From IMG/VR virus record IMGVR_UViG_3300033493_000006, positions 1-39,623 of that record: a stretch of DNA of 39,623 nt; one strand, 5' to 3'. Under the pieces are notes generated by a model. The model had not been told where the DNA came from and did no database searches. It worked only from the letters and a program-made list of their open reading frames with translations. The position numbers and the translations under genes are program-made. Source of the DNA: a virus. Position 1 is the first letter of the stretch. Every line of letters begins with the position of its first letter. Below, one piece after another: positions 14,135-23,400 of this stretch.

Positions 14135-14574
14135 CGGCCCGCCCGGGTCAGCACGTCGGCCGCGCCGCGAGCTCCGCCGTAGATTGGCGTGTTCGTTGCG
14201 TCGACGAAGGCAGGGGCCCCAGGGGTCGAGCCCAGCATCGGCAGGGCGTGCCCGGTGAGCCAGCTGATCAGCGCGGCGCCGGCGAGGGCGAACGACTGCG
14301 GCCACCCCGCGGGCACGAGCGCCCAGAACTGAACGAGGAGCCCGCCGAGCGTGGTGACGATCGCGAGCGCGGCGCCCTGAAGCACCGGCTTGCCCTCGAC
14401 CGCGGCGGGCGGGCGGGCCGACAACCCGGCGAGGGTGGCGCAGAGGAAGCCGGCGAGCCCGGCGACGAAGCCCCAGGGAGGCGGGAGGGAGACAGAGATT
14501 GCTGCGAGCGCAAGCCCGATCGTGCCGACGATCGTGGCGGCAGTGCCGCTGAGAAGAGGTTTCGTGGTGTCCAT
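14131..14574 (-). CDS. Four-TM membrane protein, 147 aa (holin candidate)
   Basis: Four hydrophobic helices by eye. Immediately follows the endolysin (TAG then ATG). Confidence 0.55.
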   Translation of the reverse strand: MDTTKPLLSGTAATIVGTIGLALAAISVSLPPPWGFVAGLAGFLCATLAGLSARPPAAVEGKPVLQGAALAIVTTLGGLLVQFWALVPAGWPQSFALAGAALISWLTGHALPMLGSTPGAPAFVDATNTPIYGGARGAADVLTRAGR

Positions 14575-15087
14575 CTACGTTTCCTTTGGTGCTGCGGGTG
14601 GAGCTGCTGACAGAATCTTCGTGACGGTTCCGAGCACCGAGAGGAGCCGGCGCACGTACTCGTCGGGGTCGAGCTCGTAGTAGCGGGCTTTGCCGAGGAG
14701 ACGGGCGAACGGCTCGGCATGCCCGCGTTCGAGCTCGTTGCGCGCCTCGAGGTAGCGGCCCCCGTTTGCGACCGGACCGAGGAAGCGCCAGTAGTCGGCC
14801 AAGAACTCGGACGTAGTGTCGTAGATCCGCCACGTCTGGGTGATGCGCGCTCCGTCCTTGTCCGTGTCCCCGCCGATGTCGGTCCACTTCGGGCCGAGCC
14901 AGTAGGGTCCGGAGGTGATGTTGCCGAGATTGCTCCCGCGGCGAGCAGCCTTCGCCGTGCCGTAGCCGCTCTCAAGCGCAAGGTGCGCGAGCACGAGGTG
15001 TGTGGACGAGATCGAGATAAACGGCAGCGTCGTGAAGATCTCGCCGTGTATTCTCAAGCACCAGCTCGCGCGTTCTTCTTCAGTCAT
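14575..15087 (-). CDS. Endolysin, glucosaminidase (FlgJ/mannosyl-glycoprotein endo-beta-N-acetylglucosaminidase-like) domain, 170 aa
   Basis: LAHLALESGYGTAKAARRGSNLGNI matches the catalytic-Glu motif (aqaalESgwG...nNlFGi). Located in the lysis neighbourhood. Confidence 0.75.
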   Translation of the reverse strand: MTEEERASWCLRIHGEIFTTLPFISISSTHLVLAHLALESGYGTAKAARRGSNLGNITSGPYWLGPKWTDIGGDTDKDGARITQTWRIYDTTSEFLADYWRFLGPVANGGRYLEARNELERGHAEPFARLLGKARYYELDPDEYVRRLLSVLGTVTKILSAAPPAAPKET

Positions 15088-15463
15088 TAGCTGCTCCGAT
15101 GTACTCGATTCTAGCGCGCAACTCCGCCTGAATCACCTCGAGGGCGCTGATTCGCTCGCCGTGCTCGTCGACGCGCATCTTGGTCTCGCCTGTTGACGCC
15201 TGGTGATTGGCCATGCGCTCGCCCATGACCTCGATCGCGCTGCGCACGCCAGCGACGTGATCCAGGAGCTGCTTGATCAGGGCTTCGTGTCGATTGTCCC
15301 ACTCCGTCTCGATCCTCTCGTTGCCTCGTTGCGGCACAACCTCGACGGAGCGGATCTCGACGCGGCGGAGGAGGCGCCCGACGATCTCCTTGATCAAGAG
15401 CGTTCCGAGAATGCCGCTGAGAGCACCAACGCCATGGGCGTCGGCAAGGCCAGCGAGGTCCAT
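15080..15463 (-). CDS. N-terminally anchored coiled-coil protein, 127 aa (i-spanin-like or lysis regulator?)
   Basis: Internal ATG at 15463 shares 1 nt with the upstream stop (TGATG). Weak TM segment GVGALSGILGTLLIKEIVG, then a coiled coil. Contains arm L of the 41-bp inverted repeat. Confidence 0.6.
   Translation of the reverse strand: MDLAGLADAHGVGALSGILGTLLIKEIVGRLLRRVEIRSVEVVPQRGNERIETEWDNRHEALIKQLLDHVAGVRSAIEVMGERMANHQASTGETKMRVDEHGERISALEVIQAELRARIEYIGAAND
15324..15364. repeat. Inverted repeat arm L (41 bp)
   Basis: cctcgttgcggcacaacctcgacggagcggatctcgacgcg equals the reverse complement of 15880..15920 at 40/41 positions. Confidence 0.95.
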
Positions 15464-16266
15464 CACAGCCCCCCGAGCACGTCGGGTGGATCGTCGCCAG
15501 CCAATACTGAACATTCAGTTGGAACGCACTGGGTGCCGACCGCGACATCGGCAGGGAGGACGTTACAGCCCCACCATCTTGCGCCGCCGTCGGGAAGGCC
15601 TCGAGGTCCGGTGGCCTTGCAGTCAGGAGCAGCGGGGTGACCGGCTCGTCCCGCCTTGCTGTCCCACCCGCCGTCTGGAGCTACCCAGCACGCCGGGAGG
15701 ACGCATGGCGGGGTCTCGGCCCACAGGCGATTGAGGACGGCACACGGGGTGTCAGGCCACGGGATGCCTGGAGCGGCTCCAGCGTCGTAGGTGGCGCAGC
15801 GGTCGGCGCGACAGGACGTCAGCTGGTACTGATTCGAGTCGTCGACGCCGCTCGAATCGCCGCCGTCGTCGGCCACCGACGCGTCGAGATCCACTCCGTC
15901 GAGGTTGTGCCGCAACGAGGGGACGACGATTTCGCCCTCGAGATCAGCGACACGGACAGACCAGTCGAGCGGCCGGAAGCAGTTGCCTCCGTCTGCGGTG
16001 AAGCACTTCGCGACTCGGGCGATTCGAGCGTAGAGCTGGTGGGGCCGCAGGAACCCGGGTTGCGCCGAGTTGATGCGCCGCCTCGTCTGCGGCGTCAGCT
16101 TCTCGGGACACACAAGGATGAGCGACTGCCCGTCGGCGAGCCCGGCGTCACGCAGTTCGGCCATTGTTCGGGTCGCTGGCTGAGGAGTGAGCAAGTAGAA
16201 GCCGGTGCCCCCAAGGACAACGACGCCGACGCCGATCAGCATTGCTCTGAGTTGTTCGGTCATCAT
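15463..16266 (-). CDS. N-terminally membrane-anchored Cys-rich protein, 267 aa
   Basis: TM segment LRAMLIGVGVVVLGGTGFYLL, then a domain with more than 12 Cys. TAATG 1-nt overlap with the fibre gene at 16266. Contains arm R of the inverted repeat. Confidence 0.65.
   Translation of the reverse strand: MMTEQLRAMLIGVGVVVLGGTGFYLLTPQPATRTMAELRDAGLADGQSLILVCPEKLTPQTRRRINSAQPGFLRPHQLYARIARVAKCFTADGGNCFRPLDWSVRVADLEGEIVVPSLRHNLDGVDLDASVADDGGDSSGVDDSNQYQLTSCRADRCATYDAGAAPGIPWPDTPCAVLNRLWAETPPCVLPACWVAPDGGWDSKAGRAGHPAAPDCKATGPRGLPDGGARWWGCNVLPADVAVGTQCVPTECSVLAGDDPPDVLGGL
15880..15920. repeat. Inverted repeat arm R (41 bp)
   Basis: cgcgtcgagatccactccgtcgaggttgtgccgcaacgagg. Its single difference from arm L gives a G-U pair in the minus-strand RNA. 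Confidence 0.95.
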
Positions 16267-17597
16267 TATCTACACCTATCAAGATTGGCATCCCAGCATA
16301 TGTTTTTAATGACTCCATCGAGATGGCTGACACCGACCGTATTGTCGGCAATCCCGGTAGTAGCAGAGGATCCACCAACCGCCACAGCCAGAGATGCAGG
16401 GCCATAAAAAAGACTACCGTCCACAAATATCGACATGACTCCATACCCAGAATACGCTGCTATCCTGGTCGGAGTCCCTGCTACAACGGTCACGGCTCCA
16501 GAGGTCTTTGAGACATATCCCGATCCCGTTCCGTTCTGAACCCTAATGGCCATGGACGGCAAGAAAAGATCGCTGCCTTTTAAGGCGTACTCACCCATCA
16601 ATATCGAAGGCAAAGCCGGGCCCGTGGATGTGCTCCATGGGACCACTATCGTAGCGGCCTTTGAGTATTGGCTAGGAAACAGACTCCCGTTGACCTTTGC
16701 TGTTTCTGCAGACCTGGCCGTAGCGACTCCAGATGTGGGGATGTAGCTTGTGATGTACTTCCCCGCCTCAGCGTCTGCGCCCCAGACGTAGACGCGATTC
16801 GACGTGCGTGTGGTTCCTCCATTGAGATAGGTCATGTTCCCAATGAAGAGTTGGCCGGCAGCTATCGACGTTACGTTTTCAATCTTGCATTGCGTCCAGG
16901 CGATCGAGTCAAACGAGCATGTCGAGCACGTGGCCGTTGGCGCTGCAGCTGTTTGGATGCACACATCCATCGCCCCGCTTCCGCTTGTGCCGCGAATCCA
17001 CACTTGAGCAGAATAGGCGGCGGCGGTGAGCACGCCGATCGCTCTGGCGCTGGCCTGCGTAGCTGCGGTCGCGTCAAAAGTGTAGTCCTCGGCTGTGAGT
17101 GTGCCGTCCGGAGCAAGAGCAGCGTCGGCCCCATTGAGGACCGGGGCCGCCGCACCATTGGCCGTGAAATCACCAAACGAGACGTCGTCAATCTCTTGGC
17201 TCCTGGGCACAACATTGGTGCGCGACGACTCGACAAGTAGCCCGGGTCCTCCTGTCCCGTTTCCTCCCGGCATTGACCGCGGCTTCCCGGAAGCGCAAAC
17301 CACCATATCCCCGACCGCCGCGTAGCTGGTGGACGACTTCATGCACACGCCAGAACTTGTCCGTGTAAACGCAATCGCCTCTTCCCTTGCTCCGGTGACT
17401 GGGCCGCATGCACAAACGCCATCCATCCCAACTCCATCTGGTGGGGCGAACTCGAAGTAGGCCCGCTTCGAGCACGGCACCAAGCCGCCACCCGCGTAGC
17501 CCTTGGGGCACGTGAAGCCGCCTCCTCGCCCGTACCCCACCGAGTCCGCCGAGCCCGCGAGGAGCAGCACGACGAGAGCGAGAAGGCGGGCAATCAC
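16266..17597 (-). CDS. Tail fibre / receptor-binding candidate with jelly-roll carbohydrate-binding-like and LamG-like domains, 443 aa
   Basis: APDGTLTAEDY...YSAQVWIRG...VYVWGADAEAGKYITSYIPTSGVATARSAE is the fibre/head-spike jelly-roll signature. The C-terminal part (AAYSGYGVMSIFVDGSL) is LamG-like. GTG start in a GTGA overlap (17594-17597). Hydrophobic N-terminus IARLLALVVLLLAGSADS. Confidence 0.65.
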   Translation of the reverse strand: MIARLLALVVLLLAGSADSVGYGRGGGFTCPKGYAGGGLVPCSKRAYFEFAPPDGVGMDGVCACGPVTGAREEAIAFTRTSSGVCMKSSTSYAAVGDMVVCASGKPRSMPGGNGTGGPGLLVESSRTNVVPRSQEIDDVSFGDFTANGAAAPVLNGADAALAPDGTLTAEDYTFDATAATQASARAIGVLTAAAYSAQVWIRGTSGSGAMDVCIQTAAAPTATCSTCSFDSIAWTQCKIENVTSIAAGQLFIGNMTYLNGGTTRTSNRVYVWGADAEAGKYITSYIPTSGVATARSAETAKVNGSLFPSQYSKAATIVVPWSTSTGPALPSILMGEYALKGSDLFLPSMAIRVQNGTGSGYVSKTSGAVTVVAGTPTRIAAYSGYGVMSIFVDGSLFYGPASLAVAVGGSSATTGIADNTVGVSHLDGVIKNICWDANLDRCR

Positions 17598-18010
17598 GTC
17601 AGCTCCCAGACGAAGAGATTGCCCGCCCCGCCGCTGGGGATCCACTGGATCCACCCGACGTCAGGCCGCATGAGGATGATCGCCTTCTCTGTCGCCGCGA
17701 GCGCGACCCCGTGGACGGTCCCGAATGCTGCGGGCACCACCGACTGATTTGCGATCGTCAGTGCTGGCGTGAGCCCGACCGCAACAAAGCCGGCGCTCGA
17801 TGGCTGGATCAAGAGCGTCTTGCCTGCCAGCGTGCCTTGCATCGTGCCCGGGCACGTGATGGCCGCGTTGAACGGGTTCGCTGTCGTGGCGTTGTTCACC
17901 GCTACGAGCACGCCGCTCGAGACGAGCACGCCCAGCTCGGTCGGCACGCCGTTGAGGTAGTGAATCGTGTCGCGCTCGGTGGGCGGGCGCGAAGTTCCGT
18001 AGGTCCCCAT
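17594..18010 (-). CDS. Hypothetical beta-rich structural protein, 138 aa
   Basis: Internal ATG at 18010, 1 nt after the upstream stop. GTGA-coupled to the fibre gene. Confidence 0.6.
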   Translation of the reverse strand: MGTYGTSRPPTERDTIHYLNGVPTELGVLVSSGVLVAVNNATTANPFNAAITCPGTMQGTLAGKTLLIQPSSAGFVAVGLTPALTIANQSVVPAAFGTVHGVALAATEKAIILMRPDVGWIQWIPSGGAGNLFVWELT

Positions 18011-18011
18011 G

Positions 18012-18245
18012 TCATCTCCTAGAGCGGCGAACCGCGTCGGTGAATGCGAGGGCGCGCTTCTTCTCGACGTCCTCGTGTTGCTCTGTTTCCTCGGATTCGA
18101 CATCCTCGCCCACCGGCTCGAACTCGCCCGTGTCAGCCGTGACGAGGCCACCGGTCGAGAAGCCTTCCTTGTCGACGGACCCGCCGCAGTGACGGCAGAT
18201 GGGCCCGCCCGCCGTCTCGTCTACGTGCTCCGGCATGTCGCTCAT
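18012..18245 (-). CDS. Small acidic CxxC protein, 77 aa
   Basis: ATGA overlap at 18242-18245. ICRHCGG motif with an acidic tail. Confidence 0.6.
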   Translation of the reverse strand: MSDMPEHVDETAGGPICRHCGGSVDKEGFSTGGLVTADTGEFEPVGEDVESEETEQHEDVEKKRALAFTDAVRRSRR

Positions 18246-20452
18246 GTCTCGGTCCTCTCTCGTTGGTGTGGCTGGGCCATGCGCTGGCCAAGGGTCAGTT
18301 TCTCGGCGCCAGCCGTGCCCGGGGCCCCAGCGTTCGAAGGCTTCGTGCTTGGCGCCTGAATCGTGCGTTGGTTCGAAGCGGTCGCGGCCCTCGAGCCGTC
18401 GACGTCGATGCCGGTGAGGAGCGTCAACATCTGGCGTTGCTGGTGGCTCGGGCGCTTGCTGGCGCCGATCGCTGCGTCGAGCGCCCGGTCGCCGATGGCG
18501 CGGGTCAACGTCGGGTAGACGGCCTGTGCCGCGGCAATGTGCGCCCGGGTCAGCGTGCCAGCGCGGGCGTGCTCGAGAAGGATCAGCGGGTCGTCGATCA
18601 CGGCGCAGGCCTGTTCGACGATTCGCGTCTCGCTCCGGGTGGGCTTCCAGGCCGGCGCCAGGGGGCCCCGCGCTACCGGCGCTGAGGCGAGGGTCGAGAG
18701 GTGCTGCACCGCGCGCTGGGCGACCGCGGTCAGTCCCCCGGCGATGCCCGGGGCCACCGTGTGGAGGCCGCCGAGATTGTTCGAGACGCGGTCGACGAGC
18801 GCCTGTGGGTTGGCCGCGAGCTCGTGCACTCCGTCGGGAAGGGGCTTCGACTTCGGCTTCTCGGCCGACTTGCCTCCGAGGAAGCCTGAGACGGCCTTGT
18901 CGATCTCCGTGTGGTGGGTGTCGAGCACGCCCGCCAGCTGGGTCACGCCCACGGTCTGGTGGATCGCTTGGTCGAGCGGTGTCTGCGGGGTCGTGGTGCC
19001 GGTGAGGTAGCCGACGTCAGGCGGGTGGGCCCCGAGGATTGAGCCGAGACCACCGCGTGCCGCGAGCTGCTCCGCGGCGAGGTCTGGGTTGCCGAGCGAC
19101 GTCTCGTTGAGCGTCACCCGCCCGAGGATGGCCGCGGTCGGAACGATTCCATGCCGAATCGTCTGCGATGCGGTGATCAGCACGGGGATCAGCTTCTCGG
19201 CGACAGCGACGCGCACGCGGTTCGAGCGCGCCAGATTCTTGGTCATCTGACGAATGCCTGGCGAGTTCAGGCCGCCCATCGCGAACCCGTAGAACCCTCC
19301 CTCGTGCCCCTCGAACCCAGCCGCCTTCCCCGCCAGTTCGCCGAAGACCGCACCGATCGCCGCGAGCCCGAAGCGTGGGGCGAGAACGTTCGCCAGCTTG
19401 TCTTTGATGTCGCCCCTCCATACCGATGTGGCGAAGTAGTCGGCGGTCCGCTTCGCGGCTTCCTCGGCAGCGCCCGCGCTCTTGGCGATCAGTTCGGCTT
19501 CGATCTCGTCGATCGTCTTGGCTTGTCCAGGTAGTTTCTTGATCGACGACCGCGCAACGCGCTCCATCGTCGCCTGAGCCCCGGGCTCTCGAAGAGCGGC
19601 GATCGCTTCGGCCCTCAGCTCTCCGCTGACTGCGCCAAGACCGCCCTCTTCGGGGATTCCAGAGATGGCGCGTTGCAGGTTCTCACTGTAACGAGACCCT
19701 TTTTGAACGTTGGTCCCGAGCGTGCCCTCGAGCGACGCGATCTCCTTCTCGACCGTCTTGATGTCCTTGTCTGCCTGGCGAGCGAACGCCTCGTCAGCGC
19801 CCTTCCACAGCTTCGCCCCGAGCTTCCGCACGCCAGCCCCGAGAGCCTCACCAACGCCACCGGCCACGAGCCCGATTCCGGCCCCCTTGGCCATCTCGCC
19901 GAGGTCGCCGCCCGACTCGGCTGCGGCGCCGACTGCTCCGAGCCCCGCCGACACGCCGAGCCGCCCTGCCATCGACTCGGGCGCAGCAAGGCCGCTCGAG
20001 AGCACAGCCCCCGCCATCTGGTAGCCGAGCCCCGCCTCTTCGGTGGCCGTATCCACCGCCTTGCGAGCTTCGTCGCGCGCCTTCTTGTAGTCGCCCCCCT
20101 GGGCCAGAGCCTTGAGGCCAGCCATCTGCGGCACGAGCCCTTGGGCCCCACCTTGAGCCGTCGCCAGGATTCGGTTGAGCACGCCTTCTTTTGACGAGGC
20201 CTCGACGTCTTGGCTTCCTCCTGGGGTGTGGATTGCCTCGAGCGGCTCGCCGTACTCGTCGAGGTGGACTGGGCCTTGTGGCGTGGGGACGATCCAGGTG
20301 CCGTCTGGCTGGCGGACGCCGCGCTGACGGAACGTGTCGACGCCTGTCGAGGCATCGAGCGTGGCTCCCTGAGGAAGCTCGTCGAAAACCAAGCCCGGAG
20401 CGTCGACGGTGGCACCCGGAGGAAGCTCATCGAAGACCTGCGGCTTGCTCAT
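18242..20452 (-). CDS. Large internal virion / ejection-type protein, 736 aa
   Basis: ATG at 20452 in an ATGA overlap (20449-20452). Gly/Ala-rich with hydrophobic glycine-zipper stretches. N-terminal tandem motif VFDELPPGATVDA / VFDELPQGATLDA. Position resembles the T7 gp15/16 class. Confidence 0.6.
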   Translation of the reverse strand: MSKPQVFDELPPGATVDAPGLVFDELPQGATLDASTGVDTFRQRGVRQPDGTWIVPTPQGPVHLDEYGEPLEAIHTPGGSQDVEASSKEGVLNRILATAQGGAQGLVPQMAGLKALAQGGDYKKARDEARKAVDTATEEAGLGYQMAGAVLSSGLAAPESMAGRLGVSAGLGAVGAAAESGGDLGEMAKGAGIGLVAGGVGEALGAGVRKLGAKLWKGADEAFARQADKDIKTVEKEIASLEGTLGTNVQKGSRYSENLQRAISGIPEEGGLGAVSGELRAEAIAALREPGAQATMERVARSSIKKLPGQAKTIDEIEAELIAKSAGAAEEAAKRTADYFATSVWRGDIKDKLANVLAPRFGLAAIGAVFGELAGKAAGFEGHEGGFYGFAMGGLNSPGIRQMTKNLARSNRVRVAVAEKLIPVLITASQTIRHGIVPTAAILGRVTLNETSLGNPDLAAEQLAARGGLGSILGAHPPDVGYLTGTTTPQTPLDQAIHQTVGVTQLAGVLDTHHTEIDKAVSGFLGGKSAEKPKSKPLPDGVHELAANPQALVDRVSNNLGGLHTVAPGIAGGLTAVAQRAVQHLSTLASAPVARGPLAPAWKPTRSETRIVEQACAVIDDPLILLEHARAGTLTRAHIAAAQAVYPTLTRAIGDRALDAAIGASKRPSHQQRQMLTLLTGIDVDGSRAATASNQRTIQAPSTKPSNAGAPGTAGAEKLTLGQRMAQPHQRERTET

Positions 20453-23400
20453 TGGACGAGCTCCCACTTGCCGTCAGGTCGCTTGCGATACTTCTCGCCA
20501 TTCTTTCCGGTCGCCGTCTGCGCGCTCGAAGGCGTCGATCCTCCTTCTGACTCGCCAGGAAGTGGAAGCCCTCTGATCCGGTACGCGTCATTTCGACGCG
20601 TCTGGGCGTTGGCCATGTATGCCTTGATTTTCTCCTCTGCTCCTCCTCTGAGATTCTCGATCGAGACGCCAGGGTCGAAGATGTTTCGGCGCTCGAGTGT
20701 GACCTCGCCTTCTCGGGCAGCGCTGTCTGGGTCTTTGAGCTTGGCTGCGGCCGTGGCCATGTTGTCGACCAACTGGCGCATCTTGGCGTTGGTGGGCCCG
20801 AGTATGTCGCCTGTTCCGTGCTCCTTGATCAGCTTAAGCAGATTCGTGCCGGCTTTATGAATCGTCTCGTTCTCGGCCTCGATCGCCTGAACCTTCGCCT
20901 GCATCGTCTTGTCGACCTTTCCGGCCGCAAGCCCAGCCGCCAGGCGTCGGGTCTCCATGTCCTCGCGCTTGACCCAGTTGTCGAACGAGCGCTGCTTCGT
21001 CGCCGCGTCGTGCTCATCGCGCTTCTGCCCGAGCTGTGCCGAGAGCATCTGTCCCTGGGCCTTGGCGAGGGGGCTCGAAGCGCGGGCAGTGGCCAAGTCG
21101 ACTTGGTTCTTTGCGATCTCGAGGGCGGTCGCCGCAGACGCATCGCTGGCCGCAATATCGTCTTGGGCGAGCTGTCGCTTGAGCGTGTAGATTGAGGTCG
21201 CACTGTCGATCGCCATCTGCCCCTTGCGCAACCGAATCTCGTGCTCTGCCTTCTGCGCCTCGAGGTCGCGCCCGATGGCGTTTTCGATGATGCCAACCGC
21301 CCGGTTGACGCCGTCGTTGCCCGCGCCGATGGCCCCCAGCGCGAGCCCGATGGCCGCGGCGATCTTGCCAGGCGTCGACCTCGAGGCCCACCAGCGCCCG
21401 GGGTCGATGCTGGAGCTCGAGGAGGCAACGGCCTGGCGAGCCTCGAGGATGCGGGACATGTCCGCGTCAGCTGAGATCTTCGCCCGGGCCCTGGTCTCCT
21501 TTTGCTCGATCGCCTTCTGCTCAAGTGCCTTCTGGGCGCCGACAAGGGCTTCAGCTTGGGCTCGGCCGATCCCTTCGTTGGCCGCGGTCAGCTCGGAGAT
21601 CGCCTGCTGCGCGAGCGCGTAGTTGTCGGGCTGCAAGGGTGCCGACCGGGCTCCGATCGGGCGCACACCAGGCATTGGTGCGGCAGGTCGGGCGGTTCCA
21701 GGAACCACCTCGGAACCACCCGGAACCGGCATTGCGGCCCCTGGTGCCATCTGGGCGACCATGCCCGGTGGCGAACTTGACGCGCCGCCGAGATATTGAG
21801 CTACGAGCGCATTTCCTGCGGCCTCGTCCTCCATTGGGCCAGGTCCACCACCGAGCCGGGCCGCGGCCTCTGTCGGCGACTCCCCGGGCTGAGCGACGCC
21901 GCGGAAGCCCGGGGGCGTGCGAGCACCGAAGGGGCTGTAGACGTAGCCGAGCCGAGCCGCGGCCTGCTCCGGCGTCTCGCCCGCTTCGACGACCCCTCGG
22001 AAGCCGGGGTAGGGCACGTCACCGCCGTCGGCGAATCCGCAGGCGCGGGTGAAGGCCTTGTCGCGCGCCCGGATCTCACCGCCGTGCGCCGCGTAGGCCG
22101 TGTCTGAGTCGCTCGCCCAGCTCGGGGAATCACCGCCCGAATCCGAGCCCGAGTCACTGCCCCAGTCCCCCTCGTCAGAGACATCTTGCGTCCACGGATC
22201 GTTCGTCTCCCACGGGTCGGACCCGGAAGAGTCGGCAGTTCCGAGGTTCGCGTTGGCCTCAGCGTCCAGAGCCTTCAACCGCTTCTCGAGCGCACCAGCG
22301 CCGGCCGCAAACGCCTGGCCCGCGCCTCCGATGATGCCCCGGATCGCGGCCTGGTTTTGGAGCCCGATGCCGGCGTTCATCATCGAGTTCCGCCACGCAG
22401 CCTGCTGCCTGGCGAGGGCGAACGCCAAGTCCATCTGGCGCTGGCGCTGGATCGCCGCGGCGTACGACTGCCCGCCCCGTGCCGCCTCGTTGGCTGCGGT
22501 CGAAGCGGCCTTGCCGCCAGCGCTCGAGAGCTCCTCTGCCGCCTGGCCGCCGATCAGCCCCGCCGCCGCGCCTCGCCCCGCCCCGCGAGCCCCCGTCTGT
22601 GCCGACAGGGCGCCTGCAATGTTTGCGTCAGTCGCGGCTTGCATCGCCTGAGGGGCCACCGACGGGCCCCGACCGGCGTAGGCGTCGAGGAATGCTTGGG
22701 TCGACCCGAGGTTCGCGGTTCGGCTCGCGTCGTAGGCCGTGGTGTCGAGGAGGCCGCCGTTGCGCACGCTCGCGGCTTCCTGCGGGGTGGTGATTCCGAA
22801 AACGTAGCCCTGCCCGGTCGAGGTGCCGCCCGCTGCCGTCGGGTCGTTGGCGAGCACCGGAAGCGCATCGCTTGCGCTGGTGTCGGGCTTGGTGGCCCAC
22901 GGATCATCCGGCACCTTCCCGCCACCGTCGAAGTGGTGCCCGTGATGCTCCTTCACGGCCTGGACGAAGGCAGCTGCGGCGGCTTCGGGGTTGCCCGACT
23001 GGGTGACGGAGCGGGGGAGCACGATCTCTCCCGGCGACAGCATCGCCGGAACGGTGTCGTTGGCGGAGTCGTCGCCGAACACCTTCGCCTTGCCGGGAAC
23101 GGTCCCGCCATCAGAGGCAGCAACAGGAGCCTTTATGCCCGACCCCATGCTCGCGACCGTGCCCATGGCCTGGACATATCCGTTGTAGATGTTTGCGTTG
23201 ATTCGATTCGCCTCGTCGGTGATTGCCTTGTTTGCCTCCTGTCGTCCCTGACGTGCCGCCGCCTGCTCCGCCGCCTGCTGTGCGTCGAGGCTGGCTTGGG
23301 CCGCGTTGATGTCCGAGAGTTGCTGTTGGGCCTGCTGCTTCGTTTGCTCTCTGAGCGTCTCGGCCTGGCCCGCCGCACGCTGTTCCACGCCGGCCGTCGA

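Noticed and set aside
15111-15548. An embedded o-spanin in the alternative minus-strand frame overlapping the 127-aa coiled-coil gene.
   Set aside because: The alternative frame has no acceptable lipobox (L-x-[GA]-C) and is Arg-rich junk.
15365-15879. Calling the segment between the 41-bp arms a bona fide invertible switch with alternative gene ends (plus-strand ORFs 15203..15640 and 15637..16407).
   Set aside because: I did not annotate it as such. The flipped-frame peptides are Ser/Pro/Gly/Arg-rich like antisense artefacts, open antisense frames are expected at this GC content, and no site-specific recombinase is encoded. I kept it only as an alternative hypothesis in the finding.
16266-17597. 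A diversity-generating retroelement targeting the fibre C-terminus.
   Set aside because: No reverse-transcriptase-like ORF exists anywhere (no YxDD-containing polymerase). I found no template/variable repeat pair near the fibre genes. The low-GC signal fits module exchange better.
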